Under the pieces are notes generated by a model that saw only the letters and a list, made by a program, of their open reading frames with translations, was not told the origin of the DNA and made no database searches. Both the position numbers and the translations under genes were made by a program. Shown one piece after another: positions 1 to 16,923 of a DNA stretch of 35,416 nt (positions are counted from its first letter, which is position 1; each line of letters opens with the position of its first letter). The stretch comes from Macrostomum lignano (taxonomy: Eukaryota), in NCBI GenBank assembly GCA_002269645.1, contig NIVC01000715.1, positions 1 to 35,416 on the forward strand, given 5' to 3'.

Positions 1-3756
<3,756 letters not shown>

Positions 3757-4447
3757 TTAAACCTGTGACCAGACGCCGCCAACTGCGACTAGTGGCCTGC
3801 CTGGCTACTTCAAATAACTGCTTACCAGTACGTCTCTACTACGACTACGCCTACGACTGCTCTACTACTACTCTACTAATACTTGTACTACTACTACTTC
3901 ATTACTACTACTACGAGCTACTACTGCAACTACTAGTGCTACTACTACTGATAATCTAGCCTCAACTGATCTGCAGTGCCCAGTCGCCTGTGACCAGGGG
4001 CTGTGCAGGCGGCGATCTGTGACCAGACGCCGCCAACTGCAACTAGTGGCCTGCCTGGCGACTCAATTTATTTACTGTTTATGTAATAACATCTATTTAC
4101 TTGCACTTCTTTTTGAAAAGTTCTCAGTGCTCTGTTTTAATTTAATATTTGTTCTCAAATTCTACGGGCGTAAATAACTTATTTGTTGAACTTTTCAAGA
4201 TGCTTATTCATACACTTCTACGCTCTAAATCGTTTTTCTATAGCACCTAACATCTTTAATATTTTTTGTGCAAGGCTTTAAGCTGCCAATCTTTAACCAA
4301 TCAGCGTGCTTCAACTCACGTTTTTAATAATTATACGTACACATCTTTACTCAACTGCTCAGTGCACCCCAAAAGTAGCATATATATATTGAAATTATGT
4401 TACAATAACTTCACTGCCAATATATTTGTTTTTAAACCCGAATAAAT

Positions 4448-4488
4448 AAACCCTGACGAAGGCCCAGTCTGGGCCGAAATATCGGTTT
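4448..4488 (+). ncRNA. Minimal type I hammerhead ribozyme, copy 1
   Basis: AAACC-CTGACGA-A-GGCCCAG-T-CTGGGCC-GAAA-TA-TC-GGTTT: CUGANGA and GAAA core, stem I AAACC/GGTTT, palindromic stem II, palindromic mini stem III (ATAT), AUC cleavage triplet (cut after 4483). Confidence 0.85.
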
Positions 4489-6060
4489 TTTCGAACATTC
4501 GACAACTGGTAACCTTCAATATCTCCGAGTGCTGGTTTGCAGTTTCAAACTGCCTTATGAATATCTGTACCCAGGACCGGACTATTATTGAGGCTCGCCA
4601 TGTTTGTCAACAAATATTCGTATACGAGCTATTCTCCGCCAAAAATCTACTTGGGATAAGCAAGAGTACTATTTCTGCAGCTGATATTTAAGACGCACGA
4701 CACTACTACGACTACGGCTACGACTACGACTGTACTACTACTACTCTACTACCACTACTACTACTACTGCAACTACTAGTGCTACTACTACTGAAAATCT
4801 AGCTTCAACTGATCCGCAGTGCCCAGTCGCCTGTGACCAGGGGCTGTGCAGGCGGCGATCTGTGACCAGACGCCGCCAACTGCGACTAGTGGCCTGCCTG
4901 GCTACTTCAAATAACTGCTTACCAGTACGTCTCTACTACGACTACGCCTACGACTGCTCTACTACTACTCTACTAATACTTGTACTACTACTACTTCCAT
5001 TACTACTACTACGAGCTACTACTGCAACTACTAGTGCTACTACTACTGATAATCTAGCCTCAACTGATCTGCAGTGCCCAGTCGCCTGTGACCAGGGGCT
5101 GTGCAGGCGGCGATCTGTGACCAGACGCCGCCAACTGCGACTAGTGGCCTGCCTGGCTACTTCAAATAACTGCTTACCAGTACGTCTCTACTACGACTAC
5201 GCCTACGACTGCTCTACTACTACTCTACTAATACTTGTACTACTACTACTTCCATTACTACTACTACGAGCTACTACTGCAACTACTAGTGCTACTACTA
5301 CTGATAATCTAGCCTCAACTGATCTGCAGTGCCCAGTCGCCTGTGACCAGGGGCTGTGCAGGCGGCGATCTGTGACCAGACGCCGCCAACTGCGACTAGT
5401 GGCCTGCCTGGCTACTTCAAATAACTGCTTACCAGTACGTCTCTACTACGACTACGCCTACGACTGCTCTACTACTACTCTACTAATACTTGTACTACTA
5501 CTACTTCCATTACTACTACTACGAGCTACTACTGCAACTACTAGTGCTACTACTACTGATAATCTAGCCTCAACTGATCTGCAGTGCCCAGTCGCCTGTG
5601 ACCAGGGGCTGTGCAGGCGGCGATCTGTGACCAGACGCCGCCAACTGCAACTAGTGGCCTGCCTGGCGACTCAATTTATTTACTGTTTATGTAATAACAT
5701 CTATTTACTTGCACTTCTTTTGAAAAGTTCTCAGTGCTCTGTTTTAATTTAATATTTGTTCTCAATTCTACGGGCGTAAATAACTTATTTGTTGAACTTT
5801 TCAAGATGCTTATTCATACACTTCTACGCTCTAAATCTGTTTTTCTATAGCACCTAACATCTTTAATATTTTTTGTGCAAGGCTTTAAGCTGCCAATCTT
5901 TAACCAATCAGCGTGCTTCAACTCACGTTTTTAACTAATTATACGTACACATCTTTACTCAACACTGCTCAGTGCACCCCCAAAAGTAGCATATATATAT
6001 ATTGAAATTATGTTACAATAACTTCACTGCCAATATATTTGTTTTTAAACCCGAATAAAT

Positions 6061-6101
6061 AAACCCTGACGAAGGCCCAGTCTGGGCCGAAATATCGGTT
6101 T
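6061..6101 (+). ncRNA. Minimal type I hammerhead ribozyme, copy 2
   Basis: Identical motif; predicted cut after 6096. Confidence 0.85.
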
Positions 6102-7933
6102 TTTTCGAACATTCGACAACTGGTAACCTTCAATATCTTCCGAGTGCGTGGTTTGCAGTTTCAAACTGCCTTATGAATATCTGTACCCAGGACCGGACTA
6201 TTATTGAGGCTCGCCATGTTTGTCAACAAAATATCTTCGTATACGAGCTATTCTCCGCCAAAAATCTACTTGGGATAAGCAAGAGTACTATTTCTGCAGC
6301 TGAATATTTAAGACGCACGACACTACTACGACTACGGCTACGACTACGACTGTACTACTACTACTCTACTACCACTACTACTACTACTGCAACTACTAGT
6401 GCTACTACTACTGAAAATCTAGCTTCAACTGATCCGCAGTGCCCAGTCGCCTGTGACCAGGGGCTGTGCAGGCGGCGATCTGTGACCAGACGCCGCCAAC
6501 TGCGACTAGTGGCCTGCCTGGCTACTTCAAATAACTGCTTACCAGTACGTCTCTACTACGACTACGCCTACGACTGCTCTACTACTACTCTACTAATACT
6601 TGTACTACTACTACTTCCATTACTACTACTACGAGCTACTACTGCAACTACTAGTGCTACTACTACTGATAATCTAGCCTCAACTGATCTGCAGTGCCCA
6701 GTCGCCTGTGACCAGGGGCTGTGCAGGCGGCGATCTGTGACCAGACGCCGCCAACTGCGACTAGTGGCCTGCCTGGCTACTTCAAATAACTGCTTACCAG
6801 TACGTCTCTACTACGACTACGCCTACGACTGCTCTACTACTACTCTACTAATACTTGTACTACTACTACTTCCATTACTACTACTACGAGCTACTACTGC
6901 AACTACTAGTGCTACTACTACTGATAATCTAGCCTCAACTGATCTGCAGTGCCCAGTCGCCTGTGACCAGGGCTGTGCAGGCGGCGATCTGTGACCAGAC
7001 GCCGCCAACTGCGACTAGTGCCTGCCTGGCTACTTCAAATAACTGCTTACCAGTACGTCTCTACTACGACTACGCCTACGACTGCTCTACTACTACTCTA
7101 CTAATACTTGTACTACTACTACTTCCATTACTACTACTACGAGCTACTACTGCAACTACTAGTGCTACTACTACTGATAATCTAGCCTCAACTGATCTGC
7201 AGTGCCCAGTCGCCTGTGACCAGGGGCTGTGCAGGCGGCGATCTGTGACCAGACGCCGCCAACTGCGACTAGTGGCCTGCCTGGCTACTTCAAATAACTG
7301 CTTACCAGTACGTCTCTACTACGACTACGCCTACGACTGCTCTACTACTACTCTACTAATACTTGTACTACTACTACTTCCATTACTACTACTACGAGCT
7401 ACTACTGCAACTACTAGTGCTACTACTACTGATAATCTAGCCTCAACTGATCTGCAGTGCCCAGTCGCCTGTGACCAGGGGCTGTGCAGGCGGCGATCTG
7501 TGACCAGACGCCGCCAACTGCAACTAGTGGCCTGCCTGGCGACTCAATTTATTTACTGTTTATGTAATAACATCTATTTACTTGCACTTCTTTTTGAAAA
7601 GTTCTCAGTGCTCTGTTTTAATTTAATATTTGTTCTCAATTCTACGGGCGTAAATAACTTATTTGTTGAACTTTTCAAGATGCTTATTCATACACTTCTA
7701 CGCTCTAAATCTGTTTTTCTATAGCACCTAACATCTTTAATATTTTTTGTGCAAGGCTTTAAGCTGCCAATCTTTAACCAATCAGCGTGCTTCAACTCAC
7801 GTTTTTAACTAATTATACGTACACATCTTTACTCAACACTGCTCAGTGCACCCCCAAAGTAGCATATATATATATTGAAATTATGTTACAATAACTTCAC
7901 TGCCAATATATTTGTTTTTAAACCCGAATAAAT

Positions 7934-7974
7934 AAACCCTGACGAAGGCCCAGTCTGGGCCGAAATATCGGTTT
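7934..7974 (+). ncRNA. Minimal type I hammerhead ribozyme, copy 3
   Basis: Identical motif; predicted cut after 7969. Confidence 0.85.
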
Positions 7975-9553
7975 TTTTCGAACATTCGACAACTGGTAAC
8001 CTTCAATATCTTCCGAGTGCGTGGTTTGCAGTTTCAAACTGCCTTATGAATATCTGTACCCAGGACCGGACTATTATTGAGGCTCGCCATGTTTGTCAAC
8101 AAAATATCTTCGTATACGAGCTATTCTCCGCCAAAAATCTACTTGGGATAAGCAAGAGTACTATTTCTGCAGCTGAATATTTAAGACGCACGACACTACT
8201 ACGACTACGGCTACGACTACGACTGTACTACTACTACTCTACTACCACTACTACTACTACTGCAACTACTAGTGCTACTACTACTGAAAATCTAGCTTCA
8301 ACTGATCCGCAGTGCCCAGTCGCCTGTGACCAGGGGCTGTGCAGGCGGCGATCTGTGACCAGACGCCGCCAACTGCGACTAGTGCCTGCCTGGCTACTTC
8401 AAATAACTGCTTACCAGTACGTCTCTACTACGACTACGCCTACGACTGCTCTACTACTACTCTACTAATACTTGTACTACTACTACTTCCATTACTACTA
8501 CTACGAGCTACTACTGCAACTACTAGTGCTACTACTACTGATAATCTAGCCTCAACTGATCTGCAGTGCCCAGTCGCCTGTGACCAGGGGCTGTGCAGGC
8601 GGCGATCTGTGACCAGACGCCGCCAACTGCGACTAGTGGCCTGCCTGGCTACTTCAAATAACTGCTTACCAGTACGTCTCTACTACGACTACGCCTACGA
8701 CTGCTCTACTACTACTCTACTAATACTTGTACTACTACTACTTCCATTACTACTACTACGAGCTACTACTGCAACTACTAGTGCTACTACTACTGATAAT
8801 CTAGCCTCAACTGATCTGCAGTGCCCAGTCGCCTGTGACCAGGGGCTGTGCAGGCGGCGATCTGTGACCAGACGCCGCCAACTGCGACTAGTGGCCTGCC
8901 TGGCTACTTCAAATAACTGCTTACCAGTACGTCTCTACTACGACTACGCCTACGACTGCTCTACTACTACTCTACTAATACTTGTACTACTACTACTTCC
9001 ATTACTACTACTACGAGCTACTACTGCAACTACTAGTGCTACTACTACTGATAATCTAGCCTCAACTGATCTGCAGTGCCCAGTCGCCTGTGACCAGGGG
9101 CTGTGCAGGCGGCGATCTGTGACCAGACGCCGCCAACTGCAACTAGTGGCCTGCCTGGCGACTCAATTTATTTACTGTTTATGTAATAACATCTATTTAC
9201 TTGCACTTCTTTTTGAAAAGTTCTCAGTGCTCTGTTTTAATTTAATATTTGTTCTCAATTCTACGGGCGTAAATAACTTATTTGTTGAACTTTTCAAGAT
9301 GCTTATTCATACACTTCTACGCTCTAAATCTGTTTTTCTATAGCACCTAACATCTTTAATATTTTTTGTGCAAGGCTTTAAGCTGCCAATCTTTAACCAA
9401 TCAGCGTGCTTCAACTCACGTTTTTAACTAATTATACGTACACATCTTTACTCAACACTGCTCAGTGCACCCCCAAAAGTAGCATATATATATATTGAAA
9501 TTATGTTACAATAACTTCACTGCCAATATATTTGTTTTTAAACCCGAATAAAT

Positions 9554-9594
9554 AAACCCTGACGAAGGCCCAGTCTGGGCCGAAATATCGGTTT
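9554..9594 (+). ncRNA. Minimal type I hammerhead ribozyme, copy 4
   Basis: Identical motif; predicted cut after 9589. Confidence 0.85.
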
Positions 9595-11174
9595 TTTTCG
9601 AACATTCGACAACTGGTAACCTTCAATATCTTCCGAGTGCGTGGTTTGCAGTTTCAAACTGCCTTATGAATATCTGTACCCAGGACCGGACTATTATTGA
9701 GGCTCGCCATGTTTGTCAACAAAATATCTTCGTATACGAGCTATTCTCCGCCAAAAATCTACTTGGGATAAGCAAGAGTACTATTTCTGCAGCTGAATAT
9801 TTAAGACGCACGACACTACTACGACTACGGCTACGACTACGACTGTACTACTACTACTCTACTACCACTACTACTACTACTGCAACTACTAGTGCTACTA
9901 CTACTGAAAATCTAGCTTCAACTGATCCGCAGTGCCCAGTCGCCTGTGACCAGGGGCTGTGCAGGCGGCGATCTGTGACCAGACGCCGCCAACTGCGACT
10001 AGTGGCCTGCCTGGCTACTTCAAATAACTGCTTACCAGTACGTCTCTACTACGACTACGCCTACGACTGCTCTACTACTACTCTACTAATACTTGTACTA
10101 CTACTACTTCCATTACTACTACTACGAGCTACTACTGCAACTACTAGTGCTACTACTACTGATAATCTAGCCTCAACTGATCTGCAGTGCCCAGTCGCCT
10201 GTGACCAGGGGCTGTGCAGGCGGCGATCTGTGACCAGACGCCGCCAACTGCGACTAGTGGCCTGCCTGGCTACTTCAAATAACTGCTTACCAGTACGTCT
10301 CTACTACGACTACGCCTACGACTGCTCTACTACTACTCTACTAATACTTGTACTACTACTACTTCCATTACTACTACTACGAGCTACTACTGCAACTACT
10401 AGTGCTACTACTACTGATAATCTAGCCTCAACTGATCTGCAGTGCCCAGTCGCCTGTGACCAGGGGCTGTGCAGGCGGCGATCTGTGACCAGACGCCGCC
10501 AACTGCGACTAGTGGCCTGCCTGGCTACTTCAAATAACTGCTTACCAGTACGTCTCTACTACGACTACGCCTACGACTGCTCTACTACTACTCTACTAAT
10601 ACTTGTACTACTACTACTTCCATTACTACTACTACGAGCTACTACTGCAACTACTAGTGCTACTACTACTGATAATCTAGCCTCAACTGATCTGCAGTGC
10701 CCAGTCGCCTGTGACCAGGGGCTGTGCAGGCGGCGATCTGTGACCAGACGCCGCCAACTGCAACTAGTGGCCTGCCTGGCGACTCAATTTATTTACTGTT
10801 TATGTAATAACATCTATTTACTTGCACTTCTTTTTGAAAAGTTCTCAGTGCTCTGTTTTAATTTAATATTTGTTCTCAATTCTACGGGCGTAAATAACTT
10901 ATTTGTTGAACTTTTCAAGATGCTTATTCATACACTTCTACGCTCTAAATCTGTTTTTCTATAGCACCTAACATCTTTAATATTTTTTGTGCAAGGCTTT
11001 AAGCTGCCAATCTTTAACCAATCAGCGTGCTTCAACTCACGTTTTTAACTAATTATACGTACACATCTTTACTCAACACTGCTCAGTGCACCCCCAAAAG
11101 TAGCATATATATATATTGAAATTATGTTACAATAACTTCACTGCCAATATATTTGTTTTTAAACCCGAATAAAT

Positions 11175-11215
11175 AAACCCTGACGAAGGCCCAGTCTGGG
11201 CCGAAATATCGGTTT
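11175..11215 (+). ncRNA. Minimal type I hammerhead ribozyme, copy 5
   Basis: Identical motif; predicted cut after 11210. Confidence 0.85.
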
Positions 11216-12795
11216 TTTTCGAACATTCGACAACTGGTAACCTTCAATATCTTCCGAGTGCGTGGTTTGCAGTTTCAAACTGCCTTATGAATATCTGTAC
11301 CCAGGACCGGACTATTATTGAGGCTCGCCATGTTTGTCAACAAAATATCTTCGTATACGAGCTATTCTCCGCCAAAAATCTACTTGGGATAAACAAGAGT
11401 ACTATTTCTGCAGCTGAATATTTAAGACGCACGACACTACTACGACTACGGCTACGACTACGACTGTACTACTACTACTCTACTACCACTACTACTACTA
11501 CTGCAACTACTAGTGCTACTACTACTGAAAATCTAGCTTCAACTGATCCGCAGTGCCCAGTCGCCTGTGACCAGGGGCTGTGCAGGCGGCGATCTGTGAC
11601 CAGACGCCGCCAACTGCGACTAGTGGCCTGCCTGGCTACTTCAAATAACTGCTTACCAGTACGTCTCTACTACGACTACGCCTACGACTGCTCTACTACT
11701 ACTCTACTAATACTTGTACTACTACTACTTCCATTACTACTACTACGAGCTACTACTGCAACTACTAGTGCTACTACTACTGATAATCTAGCCTCAACTG
11801 ATCTGCAGTGCCCAGTCGCCTGTGACCAGGGGCTGTGCAGGCGGCGATCTGTGACCAGACGCCGCCAACTGCGACTAGTGGCCTGCCTGGCTACTTCAAA
11901 TAACTGCTTACCAGTACGTCTCTACTACGACTACGCCTACGACTGCTCTACTACTACTCTACTAATACTTGTACTACTACTACTTCCATTACTACTACTA
12001 CGAGCTACTACTGCAACTACTAGTGCTACTACTACTGATAATCTAGCCTCAACTGATCTGCAGTGCCCAGTCGCCTGTGACCAGGGGCTGTGCAGGCGGC
12101 GATCTGTGACCAGACGCCGCCAACTGCGACTAGTGGCCTGCCTGGCTACTTCAAATAACTGCTTACCAGTACGTCTCTACTACGACTACGCCTACGACTG
12201 CTCTACTACTACTCTACTAATACTTGTACTACTACTACTTCCATTACTACTACTACGAGCTACTACTGCAACTACTAGTGCTACTACTACTGATAATCTA
12301 GCCTCAACTGATCTGCAGTGCCCAGTCGCCTGTGACCAGGGGCTGTGCAGGCGGCGATCTGTGACCAGACGCCGCCAACTGCAACTAGTGGCCTGCCTGG
12401 CGACTCAATTTATTTACTGTTTATGTAATAACATCTATTTACTTGCACTTCTTTTTGAAAAGTTCTCAGTGCTCTGTTTTAATTTAATATTTGTTCTCAA
12501 TTCTACGGGCGTAAATAACTTATTTGTTGAACTTTTCAAGATGCTTATTCATACACTTCTACGCTCTAAATCTGTTTTTCTATAGCACCTAACATCTTTA
12601 ATATTTTTTGTGCAAGGCTTTAAGCTGCCAATCTTTAACCAATCAGCGTGCTTCAACTCACGTTTTTAACTAATTATACGTACACATCTTTACTCAACAC
12701 TGCTCAGTGCACCCCCAAAAGTAGCATATATATATATTGAAATTATGTTACAATAACTTCACTGCCAATATATTTGTTTTTAAACCCGAATAAAT

Positions 12796-12836
12796 AAACC
12801 CTGACGAAGGCCCAGTCTGGGCCGAAATATCGGTTT
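12796..12836 (+). ncRNA. Minimal type I hammerhead ribozyme, copy 6
   Basis: Identical motif; predicted cut after 12831. Confidence 0.85.
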
Positions 12837-12912
12837 TTTTCGAACATTCGACAACTGGTAACCTTCAATATCTTCCGAGTGCGTGGTTTGCAGTTTCAAA
12901 CTGCCTTATGAA

Positions 12913-13738
<826 letters not shown>

Positions 13739-15404
13739 CGATTATTTAACTTTAGCCTTTCTCTTTATGCTTGATGCATACTAACTAGTCCTAATCCTAA
13801 TTAAATAAACTTTAACCTTAACCTTAACTGCCTACTTGATTCTTAGCATCTAAGCGACTCCGTACTGAGCCTTGGCATCCCGAGACTTAAAGACACAAAA
13901 ATTGACAGTATAATCGCCAAAGTCATCGCCATTGAAATCACGACCCGCCCAGCGTGTACCTGCAACCCTGCAGAGTCATCCTGTAATCAGGCATATCTAG
14001 TGGTACTAAAAATAATTTAAATTCCATGCAATCTAACCTTGATTGTCTGTTAAATCATAAGTGAAACCGAAACCAACGCGACTGACAGCACCGCAGCAGC
14101 TTAGGTTTCCTTTTTGGATTAATGATAGAGCGATATGACAGGCGCATCTGCCGCTAGCATCTAATTTTTGCTGATGGCAGGTGAACAAAAAGCTAGTAGT
14201 AATAATAGTATTATTAGTAAAAATAGTAGTGAAAGGTTTGTAGAGCTCGTAAAAGCTAAATGCACCTCAGGAAACGATCAGAGAGATGGGGGGGTTGAGT
14301 AGAGAAGTGACGAGGGGTCGGACTCTTCCGTCAGAGCATCAGGCCCTGATTCCGTCCGCAGGCACAATTACTGGGTCTTTACATGCGAGGAGTCGCTTCC
14401 CAAAGCGGAAATTCTGTGTTTCTGTCTTGTAAAGGTTTGAGTTTTTCGGGAAAAATTGAATGTGCCTTCAAAACCCAATTAGGGAGGCAATGCAAAATCT
14501 ACAAAATTTATAAATTCTTTTGTAAATACTCATAATTGATGGCTTCTGCGCGCTCTCCAATACCCCTGTAGCATTGCTTCTGCTTAGAAGTGACAAGCTA
14601 AAAGCAGTCAGTCTAACCCATGATAACTAACCCATGAAGTCTTTACAGTCTTCAACGCCTCGACGGCTATAAGCGATGCCTCTAAGCGGCCAATAGATTT
14701 AGTCGAGCAGCCGACAGTCCCAAAAAATCCCAGCTTGGATAGTTCGTACTGCGGTACCAAAGAAGCTCATCAGACGAAGCTCATCAGTCGCATGCCAACT
14801 TAACCAAGACGTGCATCTTTCAAATGGTAAGTTCGGCAACTATAACTTGAGCACCTGTATTTCTCTTTCATAGAAAACATTCAAAATAGACCAACTCCTT
14901 TGCAGTGCCAAATCATCAGGCTAAAGTGTCGAGCATCTTTGGGAACGGCGGCTTTGAGAACTGCATGTTTCACTTTGGGTGACAAATTGATTTTCACATT
15001 GTCAAATTTCGACTACAAACTGGTGAACTGCACTAGCTGTGACATTTATTATGAACTGTTTTCGTGTAGCTGGTACTTTAGTTTTATTGATTTTTTCCCT
15101 TTTTGTTCATTTACTTCTTGCTGTTATTAACAGAAATACTGTGCGATGGATTTTTTCAATCCAAATGTCTTTGGTGCACCTCAAAACTGTGGAATAATGG
15201 CCAAAATATTTTGCTATTGCGTCTGGGTAAAAGTATAATTACAATGGAGCCAATTAAGTTGATTAACAGTCATCCCAAGCAAGCCAACTTGATTGACAAA
15301 AGCAATATCAGAGTAAACGATAATTATTGCAACTACAATTTTGGCAATCAGAATTCAGTCCTAACTTGCATGATGATAGTAATAACTGATTACACCTGCC
15401 CCAA

Positions 15405-15673
15405 TTAGGCCAGATGTGCAACCGACAGCTCAGCCGCAGCTATTGCGCGGCGTATCTGAAGGCTGCGTACGGCTGTTCAGTCGAAGGACTGGAGGGTCGC
15501 CACACACAGCCTCAATTACCCCAGCTGATACTGGTGCCCATTTTACAGCTGGGTAAACTGAAGCAATGCAGAGTTAAGTGTCTTGCTCAAGGACAAAAAT
15601 TGTTCCAGTGGGATCGGGAATCGAACCCCCGACCTTCAAGTCGTGAGTCAGACACTCTAACCACTGGGTTAAA
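15405..15673 (-). mobile_element. tRNA-derived CORE-type (MIR-like) SINE
   Basis: Minus strand has A-box-like TAACCCAGTGG and B-box GGTTCGATTCC (+ 15617-15627). The + strand CCCATTTTACAGCTGGGTAAACTGAAGC...GTTAAGTGTCTTGCTCAAGG closely resembles the MIR CORE domain as I recall it. The tail boundary is approximate. Confidence 0.75.
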
Positions 15674-15689
15674 ACCCACTTTGGCTACA

Positions 15690-16400
15690 ACCCCCTTCGG
15701 CTACACAGCGATAGAGTCTGGTTTAAGCTTTCACTTAACTGGACTGTTCGAAAGCTGTAAATCATTCAACCCTAGGGTCGAGGCGGGGCGGATACTGCAA
15801 GTGGATGAGGCGAATTGGAGACGAGGGACAATTTTGAGCATCTTACTTGAGTCCCCGCCGAGCTGCTTCCGTGCAGAGTTTAAGAAAAAATTGACCTGAA
15901 TTAGACGGGTCAGGAAATCCTCTTGGGAGTCCGCAGAAGCGGCAGACGGGGATGGTGAAAATTGAGCTCAATCAGCGGTTATTTACCGAGTGCATTTGAG
16001 CTCGTTGGGAAGCCTGCATGGGATGCCAATGATGCCACTCAGGTCTCAGCTGCGTTCGAACCTATCATTAAAGGCAATGTTTAGCATAAAAAATGAAGTA
16101 TCTTAGAAGAGTAGCACTGAGTCTGCAAGGGTCTGCTCACCCATATTACTGAGTTACGCATGAGCTACAGGCTAACGTTGTGCTCAAGCCGCAGGCTTTG
16201 TCGAGGGAAGTTTATTTGTGTCAGTAACAGCAACTCAGTCAAAGCGTCAAAGTCTGTGTCTAGGGTGGGTTAACGCCATAGACATTAAAGAGCGCGCGGG
16301 TACATCACACTGAATCTGCTGTTCCAGGGCCAGTCAGCGTGGAGACTATATTTGCACAAGCCCTCCAAGGTCAACATTCAGTAAACTGCAACGAGCCCAA
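15690..16400 (-). pseudogene. Possible highly decayed LINE APE-endonuclease relic
   Basis: Fragmented minus-strand peptides (LFNVYG..P, DTDFDALTELLL, K*KL) appear in the order expected for an L1/Tx1-like endonuclease; many stops and frameshifts. Confidence 0.25.
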
Positions 16401-16923
16401 AAGTACGAATTGAACCAGGGAACTGTGACGTACGAGTTAAAAGTTGCTTTACCGTTCCGCCACTTAACCTGAATGTCCGATTGAAGCACAAACGACTTTG
16501 CGACAGTAGCCTTAGTATAGTTTAAACAGGACGCTATATGCTACTTAGTAAGTAGCATAAGGAGTCTTCATTTGGCAGCTTTTTGGCAACAAGTGGCAGC
16601 TTTAGGCCAACTCTGCCCATGACTCTCCAGCCTCTCTTTACCAGCCCGATTTGATCACTGGTGGAAGCGGTTGGAAACTTGAACATGTTGGATACGCCAT
16701 ATAAACTACGAAGGCATTTTGGAGAATGAAAATTTAACGGATTTTAAGCCGGATTTTTCTTCTAAAAACTGCGCTGTGCATTTACTAGCTATAATTTTAT
16801 TTCAGAACTCCTCGTAGGCAAAGGTCAGTTTATCTGAACTGGAAAGATTGATGCTCGTTTTATTAAGCTTGGATCAAGTTGCGCCGCACAGATCCAGCAA
16901 TCGATCTGGCTGCCAACTGAGCA

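Noticed and set aside
13787-13828. CCTAAT / CCTTAA telomere-like hexamers
   Set aside because: Only 2-3 degenerate copies; not a telomeric tract
14762-14787. CTGATGAG twice on the minus strand (GAAGCTCATCAG x2 on +) as a possible hammerhead
   Set aside because: No GAAA after a stem II and no stem I/III; it is a 12-bp direct duplication
13740-15400. Possible decayed retroelement coding sequence (restriction-like endonuclease) on the minus strand
   Set aside because: Only vague peptide resemblance amid many stops; not assignable without a search
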